This document shows positions 19,723 through 26,599 of a stretch of 64,000 bases of DNA, one piece after another. A model generated the notes under the pieces. It was not told the DNA's origin, did not search any database, and saw only the letters and a program-made list of their open reading frames with translations. Each line of letters begins with the position of its first letter. The first letter of the stretch is position 1. Location: IMG/VR virus record IMGVR_UViG_3300012665_000884; one strand, 5' to 3'. The stretch is from an uncultured virus (IMG/VR IMGVR_UViG_3300012665_000884). Lineage: Duplodnaviria > Heunggongvirae > Uroviricota > Caudoviricetes. The translations under genes and the position numbers were made by a program.

Positions 19723-20658
19723 ATGGAACATATGATTTGGGTCGAGAAACATCGTCCTCAAACAATTGATGAGTGTATTTTACCTGAACGCCTTAAGAAG
19801 CCATTTCAGGAATACGTAAGATCAAATCACATTCCTCATTTATTACTATCAGGTAGTGCCGGTGTTGGCAAGACCACCGTTGCTAAAGCATTGTGTAATC
19901 AGATTGGTGCAGACTATCTGGTTATCAACGGCTCGGATGAAGGTCGTCTGATTGATACGTTCCGAACTAAGATTAAAGACTTTGCATCATCAACATCATT
20001 CACTGGTGGTAAGAAAGTTATTATCATTGATGAAGCTGACTATATGAATGCCGAATCTGTTCAGCCTGCGTTGCGTAACTTTATGGAAGAGTTTGCCGCT
20101 AACTGTTCGTTTATTTTCACATGTAACTTTAAGAGTAAGATTATTGATCCATTGCATTCTCGGTGCGCGGTGATTGACTTCACTTTGAAGAATGATGAAA
20201 AGACACCAATGGCTGGTCTGTTCTTCAAACGCATTCAAGGTATTCTTGATACAGAAGGTGTTGAGTATGAACCTAAAGTTATCGCAGAGTTGGTGAAGAA
20301 ACACTTCCCAGACTTCCGCCGTATTCTTAATGAGTTGCAAAGATATGCACAGTTTGGTAAAATCGACACTGGTATCTTGGCACAACTTGCTGATGTATCT
20401 ATTGGTGAGATTGTTAAACACTTGAAAGCGAAAGACTTTGGTGCGATTCGTAAGTGGGTTGCTGTTGCTGACGTTGATCCTACCACACTGTATCGCAAAC
20501 TGTATGATAACTTGTATGATGTTTTGCAACCACAAAGCATTCCTCAAGCTGTCATTATTCTTGCTGACTATCAATACAAACAAGCCTTCGTTGCTGACCA
20601 TGAAATCAACACAGTTGCATGTTTGACTGAGTTGATGGTAAGTGTGGAGTTCAAATGA
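19723..20658 (+). CDS. 44: Clamp loader large subunit gp44
   Basis: WVEKHRP, GSAGVGKT, DEAD, HSRC, FPDFRR. Confidence 0.97.
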   Translation: MEHMIWVEKHRPQTIDECILPERLKKPFQEYVRSNHIPHLLLSGSAGVGKTTVAKALCNQIGADYLVINGSDEGRLIDTFRTKIKDFASSTSFTGGKKVIIIDEADYMNAESVQPALRNFMEEFAANCSFIFTCNFKSKIIDPLHSRCAVIDFTLKNDEKTPMAGLFFKRIQGILDTEGVEYEPKVIAELVKKHFPDFRRILNELQRYAQFGKIDTGILAQLADVSIGEIVKHLKAKDFGAIRKWVAVADVDPTTLYRKLYDNLYDVLQPQSIPQAVIILADYQYKQAFVADHEINTVACLTELMVSVEFK

Positions 20659-20945
20659 ATGAACTACTAAAACCCACATTTGATTGGATAAAAGATGATT
20701 ATAGAACTCATCCTTTACGCTTTTGCGTTGAGTTGTTTGCTTGGGCTATTAGTATTGGTTGTTCAATTACAATGGCAGTTACAGTCCCGAGTCCTCCACT
20801 ACTTATTCTATATCCTATCTGGATCTGTGGTTGTGCTATGTATGCTTGGGCTGCTTACACTAGGAAATCGTTTGGGATGTTGGCTAACTACATCTTGCTA
20901 ACAACGATTGATACGATTGGTCTCTTTAGGATGTTAACACAATGA
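20655..20945 (+). CDS. Small membrane protein (about 3 TM segments)
   Basis: Hydrophobic segments; ATGA-coupled at both ends. Confidence 0.6.
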   Translation: MNELLKPTFDWIKDDYRTHPLRFCVELFAWAISIGCSITMAVTVPSPPLLILYPIWICGCAMYAWAAYTRKSFGMLANYILLTTIDTIGLFRMLTQ

Positions 20946-21205
20946 TATATGATGTGAATGTTCCCAACACAATTGGACACCAAACTATTATTGCTACAAT
21001 AAACAATACGGCACCTCCACCAACAACTGTTAAGATTGCAAAACCTGTATCCTACCAGTTTCAAGTCGTAGAGTATACTGATGGTAACGACAAAGTGGTT
21101 AAGGTTGAATTGCAGGTCCAACAGACTGAGCATGATAACAATGGTAATACCATTATGTCTTCTGGTTTCAAACCAGTGCCACGAATTAGAATGCCTTTGC
21201 CATGA
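20942..21205 (+). CDS. Hypothetical protein
   Basis: 87 aa, ATGA-coupled. Confidence 0.55.
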   Translation: MIYDVNVPNTIGHQTIIATINNTAPPPTTVKIAKPVSYQFQVVEYTDGNDKVVKVELQVQQTEHDNNGNTIMSSGFKPVPRIRMPLP

Positions 21206-21588
21206 GTAGCCCATTTGATTATGTAAACGATATCCTTCAAGGTAAGAAGAACATTATCGTGGATGCTCAAACTGAGAAAGCATACGAGCCATACTTGGTG
21301 AACAAATCACTTTCCTATCATAAGGACTGTATTATGTACGCCAATGAAATGAATCGTAGACACCAGATTGATAAAAAACTACAAAATGATTATTTGCTAA
21401 ATACTATCAGGTCTAGAAAGAGACCGTTCAATAAGTGGGTTAAGGCTGATAAAAGTGAAGATTTAGCATGTGTGAAGATATACTTTGGTTACTCTGATGC
21501 CAAAGCACGTGAAGCCTTGCGCCTACTTTCCGATGAACAAATCCAACAATTAAAAGAAAAAACCGACCCAGGTGGATTGAGGAAATGA
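21202..21588 (+). CDS. 62: Clamp loader small subunit gp62
   Basis: PFDYVNDI, YANEMN, RKRPFNKW, YFGYSDAKAREAL. Confidence 0.93.
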   Translation: MSSPFDYVNDILQGKKNIIVDAQTEKAYEPYLVNKSLSYHKDCIMYANEMNRRHQIDKKLQNDYLLNTIRSRKRPFNKWVKADKSEDLACVKIYFGYSDAKAREALRLLSDEQIQQLKEKTDPGGLRK

Positions 21589-21608
21589 TTCTTTGAAATG
21601 TGATTTTT

Positions 21609-21616
21609 TATAAATA
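21609..21616 (+). promoter_or_regulatory. Late promoter TATAAATA
   Basis: Exact consensus before the HNH gene, GGAG RBS follows. Confidence 0.75.
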
Positions 21617-21635
21617 AAGAATCTATGGAGAATTT

Positions 21636-22217
21636 ATGACCAATAAAATAGGATACAATCAATATCCTTCGGCAGATGAGTTTTCGGATTTGTATAAACG
21701 ACACACCCAACAAGAATTGGCAGATATTTATGGATGCACAAAAAAGCGAATTCATAAGTGGATTATTCATTTTGGTTTAGAATTGCGACCTCAGGGTGGA
21801 GGAAATAATCGAAAATATGATATAGATTTTGAAACACTTCAAAAATTATTGATTGATGGGTATACAAATAAAGAGATATGTCATTTACTAAATATAAAAC
21901 GGTCATCATTATATAATTGGATAAATAAATTTGAACTGAAACGAGACTATAAAACGGAAGATAAACAGATTTATGCTAGACGAGTCCGCTGGCTATCTGA
22001 AAAAAATTATGTTTTATATAAAGATATTTTGAATCCGAATAATTATCCCAGAACATTATGTGGTGTAAAAGATGGTTATCAACTGGATCATAAAAAAAGT
22101 ATTGTTGAATGTTTTCACGAAAAATTGAGTGCTGAATTTTGTTCATCGCTAGAAAATTTACAATTTATACCATGGCAAGAAAATTTAAAAAGAAGAACCT
22201 TCAAAAAGGCAAAATGA
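21636..22217 (+). mobile_element. Free-standing HNH homing-endonuclease-like gene with two N-terminal HTH repeats
   Basis: TQQELADIYGC and TNKEICHLLNI HTHs; YQLDHKKS...ENLQFIPWQEN; AT-rich; interrupts gp62-regA. Confidence 0.7.
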
Positions 22218-22218
22218 T

Positions 22219-22635
22219 ATGAATGATAAAACTGATATTTTTCGTGGCGTAGGCATAGAGATTACTCTGAAAGAACAAGATGACTTCCTGAAAGTCCGTG
22301 AAACCTTAACTAGAATTGGTGTCTCTTCTAGAAAAGAAAAGATGTTGTATCAATCATGCCACATTTTACATAAACAAGGAAGATACGCAATTCTGCATTT
22401 CAAAGAACTGTTTGCATTAGATGGTAAACCATCCAATATCTCAGACAATGACATTGAAAGACGTAACGCTATTGCAAAACTTTTGGAAGAATGGGGTTTA
22501 GTTAAGATTGTGAATCCCGATGTGATAGGTGAGTTGATTGCTCCATTGCATCAGATTAAGATTATTGCTTTCCGTGAGAAAGATGACTGGCAGTTGGTCA
22601 GTAAGTATAACATTGGTAAGAAGCCACAAGAATAA
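22219..22635 (+). CDS. regA: Translational repressor RegA
   Basis: DDFLKVRETLTRIG, LYQSCHILHKQGRY, HFKELFALDG, KYNIG. Confidence 0.97.
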   Translation: MNDKTDIFRGVGIEITLKEQDDFLKVRETLTRIGVSSRKEKMLYQSCHILHKQGRYAILHFKELFALDGKPSNISDNDIERRNAIAKLLEEWGLVKIVNPDVIGELIAPLHQIKIIAFREKDDWQLVSKYNIGKKPQE

Positions 22636-22644
22636 TGAGATTAC

Positions 22645-22833
22645 ATGATGAAAAAAGTGAAAGAAGAAATTACAAAACTAAAGAACATCTACACGGGTGA
22701 AACTGTGTTGACTAGCAACTTGTTTGAGAAAAGAGTTGAGAGTACAATGACATTCATTCAGGTGTATACCGAGGAAAATCCTAATAGAAAATACTTTGTG
22801 AATGGTGAAGCATTCATAAAAGTTGCTAAATAA
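22645..22833 (+). CDS. Hypothetical protein
   Basis: 62 aa ORF after regA. Confidence 0.55.
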   Translation: MMKKVKEEITKLKNIYTGETVLTSNLFEKRVESTMTFIQVYTEENPNRKYFVNGEAFIKVAK

Positions 22834-22837
22834 GATT

Positions 22838-23093
22838 AACACCCTCGGGATGGGAAACTAGGAGACGGCATGCCTAGTAAAATAATGACCGTCAAAATTA
22901 TGGCTGGATGCGGAATGTCTTCGGAGTTTTGCCATTCAGTTTTTCGAACCCACCTTAGGGCTGTTTGACGCTACGGTATAAGGCGTCCGAGCAATTGAAC
23001 TGCCATTCGTTAATTGGCGCTGGATAAAGTAACCAGCACTGCTATGCCATTTTGGGTAGCATAATTTTAACTTGCTTTAATTAGGAGAACTAT
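22838..23093 (+). ncRNA. Structured hsp20 leader / candidate ncRNA with two H-type pseudoknots and several hairpins
   Basis: Longest clear non-coding gap, GC-richer than flanks; stems identified by eye; CTAAATA late-promoter variant at 22826-22832. Confidence 0.6.
23071..23087 (+). promoter_or_regulatory. ROSE-like RNA thermometer hairpin over the hsp20 SD
   Basis: CTTGCT-ttaatt-AGGAG: U(U/C)GCU pairs with SD leaving a bulged G; 6 nt before ATG. Confidence 0.65.
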
Positions 23094-23573
23094 ATGACAT
23101 TACATAACCCACGTGTTCAATTCGGACAATTACTTCCATCGACTGTTGGTTTCGACCACTTCTTTGATGCGATTGAAACTCTGTCTGCTGACAAATACAC
23201 TTCAACATTTCCACCACACAACATAGTTAAGATTGACGAAAATAATTATCTGGTTGAGTTGGCTATCGCTGGCTTTTCCGATGATGATATCTCAATTGAG
23301 GTTGTTAAGAATCAACTGGAAATTTCTGGTAAGAAGACTGATAAAGATGAGAATCGTTCTTATTTGCATCATGGTATCGGTACCCGTTCTTTCAAGAAAA
23401 CAGTCCACATGGCTGACACGGTTCAGGTAAAAGGAGCGTCCCTATCGGACGGTATTTTAACCATTGAACTGGAGAACATCGTACCAGAGGAAAACTTGCC
23501 AAAACGCATTCCAATCGTTTCTGGCGGTAAGAAGAAAGTATTACCAAGTAAGACGGAACTCTTACAAGAATAA
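23094..23573 (+). CDS. hsp20: Small heat-shock protein Hsp20 (IbpA-like)
   Basis: FPPHNIVK, ELAIAGF, YLHHGIGTRSF, DGILTIELENIVPE. Confidence 0.95.
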   Translation: MTLHNPRVQFGQLLPSTVGFDHFFDAIETLSADKYTSTFPPHNIVKIDENNYLVELAIAGFSDDDISIEVVKNQLEISGKKTDKDENRSYLHHGIGTRSFKKTVHMADTVQVKGASLSDGILTIELENIVPEENLPKRIPIVSGGKKKVLPSKTELLQE

Positions 23574-23576
23574 TGC

Positions 23577-23605
23577 TTGACGAACCTGCCTTTTTGGTGT
23601 ATAAT
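23577..23605 (+). promoter_or_regulatory. Sigma70-type promoter within inverted repeat
   Basis: TTGACG-17 nt-TATAAT; arms 23586-23596 and 23611-23621. Confidence 0.7.
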
Positions 23606-23624
23606 TTACTCAGAAAGGCAGATT

Positions 23625-23870
23625 ATGAACGAAGCATACCTCCGTAAGTTGACATCCGATGAAGTGCGTGAGACTTTAATGTTTTGCGGATTTGTGGATA
23701 CATATCATTGTAAGACTAAAGAACTTGACAAGAATGGCAAAGCCAGTTATACTTTTAAGACTAACATTGGCCCTGTCATTGTTAATGGTTCTAAATCTAT
23801 ATACGTGAACGGAAAGCGATTTCCGTCTTTAACACAAGCCCGCTATGAATTGGGAAAATATTTAACATGA
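23625..23870 (+). CDS. Hypothetical protein
   Basis: ATG 23625 after AAAGG; 81 aa. Confidence 0.55.
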   Translation: MNEAYLRKLTSDEVRETLMFCGFVDTYHCKTKELDKNGKASYTFKTNIGPVIVNGSKSIYVNGKRFPSLTQARYELGKYLT

Positions 23871-24724
23871 AATTTGCTATTGCATCGGATGTCCATCTAG
23901 AGTTTGGACGCCTAGAATTATTTAATGATGAAGACGCAGACGTATTGGTACTGTCCGGTGATATCTGTGTCGCCAAAGATTTGAATGAACGTGATGTATA
24001 TGAACTTTCTGGACAGAATCGTTCTTCCATGTATCACACATTCTTTCAAGAATGCTGTGCTAGATTTGCACATGTTGTTTATGTCGCTGGCAACCATGAA
24101 CACTATCATGGTGATTTTGCTAAAACAACAACACGCCTTCGCCAGTTCTTGGCATATCTTCCTAATCTCCATATCTTGGAGAAAGAAACATTCACGTACA
24201 AAGATGTTACCTTTATCGGTGGCACATTGTGGACTGACATGAACAAGGAAGATCCACAAACATTATATGGCATTCGCGGTTACATGAATGACTTTCAGAT
24301 TGTGGAGAACAGTGCTAACCCAGTTCACTTTCGTGATACTGATGGAAATTTCCAAACACGCACAGGAACGTTGTTGCCCGAGGAAGTTGTTGTCGAACAC
24401 AAAGCAATGTTAACATTCATTGATGTGGTAACAAAAGTGTTGGGTCAGAATGATAAAAAGTATGTAGTTGTTGGTCATCATGCACCAAGTCGTCAGTCTA
24501 CACATCCACGATACAAAGAAGACTTCATGGTGAATGGTGGTTACTCTTCTGAATTGTCAGAGTTTATTCTTGATCGACCACAAATCAAAGCATGGACACA
24601 TGGTCACACACATGAGCCGTTCGATTATATGATTGGTGCAACACGCATCGTTTGTAATCCACGTGGTTACATTAATTATGAACAACGTGCGGATGATTTT
24701 AAACTACAGTATGTCGAAATTTGA
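23867..24724 (+). CDS. Calcineurin-like metallophosphoesterase
   Basis: SDVHLE, GD, GNHE, GHHAP, HGHTH. Confidence 0.9.
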   Translation: MKFAIASDVHLEFGRLELFNDEDADVLVLSGDICVAKDLNERDVYELSGQNRSSMYHTFFQECCARFAHVVYVAGNHEHYHGDFAKTTTRLRQFLAYLPNLHILEKETFTYKDVTFIGGTLWTDMNKEDPQTLYGIRGYMNDFQIVENSANPVHFRDTDGNFQTRTGTLLPEEVVVEHKAMLTFIDVVTKVLGQNDKKYVVVGHHAPSRQSTHPRYKEDFMVNGGYSSELSEFILDRPQIKAWTHGHTHEPFDYMIGATRIVCNPRGYINYEQRADDFKLQYVEI

Positions 24725-25181
24725 TTTATCACATATGGAAGCAGCCGAGGTATACGCTAAGTTATCCTCTGCTGTTAGATTAAAAGTTGGTTGTGTTATT
24801 GTGAAAGATAACACAATCATTGGTATCGGTTACAATGGTATGCCGTCTGGATGGGATAATACATGTGAAGATAAAATCTATTGTGAAGACGGCGATGTTT
24901 ACGAACAACAATATCCTAAAGATTCCAACACTTGGGAAAGATATAAACTCGTAACAAAGAAAGAGGTACTACATGCTGAAACAAATGCTATTGCAAAACT
25001 TGCAAAAACTACCTCATCTGGCTTGGGTGCTAGTTTATTTGTTACTCACGCACCGTGCATTGACTGTGCCAAACTGGTCTACCAGTCTGGAATCAATTCT
25101 GTATATTATCGCAATAATTATCGTGACGAAGCCGGTTTGGAATTCCTTAACAAAGCAGGAGTGAAAGTTGAAAGAATATAA
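24711..25181 (+). CDS. dCMP deaminase
   Basis: KVGCVIV, GYNG, HAETNA, PCIDC. Confidence 0.92.
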   Translation: MSKFDLSHMEAAEVYAKLSSAVRLKVGCVIVKDNTIIGIGYNGMPSGWDNTCEDKIYCEDGDVYEQQYPKDSNTWERYKLVTKKEVLHAETNAIAKLAKTTSSGLGASLFVTHAPCIDCAKLVYQSGINSVYYRNNYRDEAGLEFLNKAGVKVERI

Positions 25182-25338
25182 AACATACACATCACAGGTA
25201 TCTGAAATTTGTGAAAATGGTGATGCTATCTTAGATTTACCGGAAGACTTGCTCAAAGACATGGGTTGGAGTGAAGGTACTGTACTAAATATTGAATTGA
25301 AAGATGGCGAAATCATTTTGACTGAAGTGAAAAAATAA
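25168..25338 (+). CDS. AbrB/MazE/SpoVT-like small DNA-binding protein (not in ORF track)
   Basis: TTG start after AGGAG; 56 aa ...NGDAILDLPEDLLKDMGWSEGTVLNIELKDGEIILTEVKK. Confidence 0.7.
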   Translation: MKEYKTYTSQVSEICENGDAILDLPEDLLKDMGWSEGTVLNIELKDGEIILTEVKK

Positions 25339-25412
25339 AGCGGATTAGTGAAACGGTATCACAAAGGACTCATAATCCTTAGTTCCAGGTTCGAATCCTG
25401 GGTCCGCAACCA
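25339..25412 (+). tRNA. tRNA with CAT anticodon (Met; Ile2 not excluded)
   Basis: Cloverleaf: GCGGAT/GTCCGC acceptor, GTGA/TCAC D stem, AAGGA-CTCATAA-TCCTT, CCAGG-TTCGAAT-CCTGG, encoded CCA. Confidence 0.93.
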
Positions 25413-25423
25413 ATAGGATAATT

Positions 25424-25783
25424 ATGACTGATATGAATAAAGACGTTAATATTTTTATTGACGCATGTGACCAAATTCCATCACCAGAGAACGTAAGTCT
25501 CTATCGTAACCTCATCATCGAGGAATACTTGGAATTCCAAGACGCAGTAAAAGAACATGATGAGGTAGAACAACTAGATGCATGTATGGACATGATTTGG
25601 GTTATTCTAGGCTACTGCCGTATGAAAGGCTACAATGTTGATGGTGCTTGGGCAGAAGTTGCACGAAGCAACCTGTGTAAGATTGATTCTGTAACTGGTA
25701 AAGTTATCAAGAATGATGCTGGTAAAGTTATGAAACCTGAAAGATGGAGTGCTCCAGTGCTTGCACCTTTCATCAAACTGTGA
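25424..25783 (+). CDS. MazG-like nucleoside triphosphate pyrophosphohydrolase (all-alpha dUTPase-like)
   Basis: LIIEEYLEF, EQLDACMD, AWAEVARSNLCK, GKVMKP. Confidence 0.8.
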   Translation: MTDMNKDVNIFIDACDQIPSPENVSLYRNLIIEEYLEFQDAVKEHDEVEQLDACMDMIWVILGYCRMKGYNVDGAWAEVARSNLCKIDSVTGKVIKNDAGKVMKPERWSAPVLAPFIKL

Positions 25784-25789
25784 TATAAT
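25761..25789 (+). promoter_or_regulatory. Sigma70-type promoter
   Basis: TTGCAC-17 nt-TATAAT with TGn, 5 nt before ATG 25795. Confidence 0.55.
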
Positions 25790-25794
25790 ACATT

Positions 25795-26079
25795 ATGAAC
25801 GAAGATACCCGTGAAATTCTATTAATCCTCCAAGAGGAATGTGCCGAAGTTACACAAGCGATTAGCAAATGTTTTCGGTTTGGCCCCGACCAAGTAAAAC
25901 CTGGTTCTGCTAACATTCAAACGAATGTTCAAGCATTACAGGAAGAGTTGGGTGATTTGTTAGCGATGATTGAATTGCTTGTTAATAAGGATGTTGGAGT
26001 TACTAACAATGGTCTAGAAAAAGCAAAGATGCAAAAATTTGAAAAACTTAAAACATGGAGCAATATTGCTATTAAATAA
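25795..26079 (+). CDS. Second MazG-like NTP pyrophosphohydrolase
   Basis: LQEECAEVTQAISKCFRFG ... LQEELGDLLAMI. Confidence 0.8.
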   Translation: MNEDTREILLILQEECAEVTQAISKCFRFGPDQVKPGSANIQTNVQALQEELGDLLAMIELLVNKDVGVTNNGLEKAKMQKFEKLKTWSNIAIK

Positions 26080-26312
26080 TGAGGACTAATATGAATACGG
26101 TCAAATTAGCGCAACACTTGGCGCAGGAAGCAGGCGTGAAAGCCTATAAGTACGACCTCTTTTTGCGAGAGTTCGATAACATGGTTGAGTTGGTCGGTCT
26201 AGTGAACGACCCAACCTTGGACATGGGAGACTTTGACTCCCGTGAAATGTTGTTCCCCAAGAAGTGGGTAACATTAAAAACCTTTTCTGCTGACGAAAGG
26301 GTTGCAGTATGA
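26079..26312 (+). CDS. Hypothetical protein
   Basis: 77 aa coupled ORF. Confidence 0.55.
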   Translation: MRTNMNTVKLAQHLAQEAGVKAYKYDLFLREFDNMVELVGLVNDPTLDMGDFDSREMLFPKKWVTLKTFSADERVAV

Positions 26313-26599
26313 TTAAGTGTATCACACTTAAAACTGCCCAGACATTGATGGGCGATATTGATGAGAGTTCTTCAACTCTCAAAATTAAAAAGCCTGTGCA
26401 AGTGATTGTACAGCCAGGGCAAGATGGACAGCCTATGATGGGTTTTGCGCCATTCTTGCAATTTACAACAGAATTTGATAATGGAATTCTCATCGGAAAA
26501 GATGACATTCTAACTATTACAACACCAGTTACTGAACTTGAGAATCAATATAGTAAAATGTTTGGTTTAGGAATTCAAATCGTATCATCAATGCCATAA
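26309..26599 (+). CDS. Hypothetical protein (Sm-like fold) preceding gp43
   Basis: GFAPFL, YSKMFGLGI pattern typical upstream of T4-like polymerase genes. Confidence 0.6.
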   Translation: MIKCITLKTAQTLMGDIDESSSTLKIKKPVQVIVQPGQDGQPMMGFAPFLQFTTEFDNGILIGKDDILTITTPVTELENQYSKMFGLGIQIVSSMP

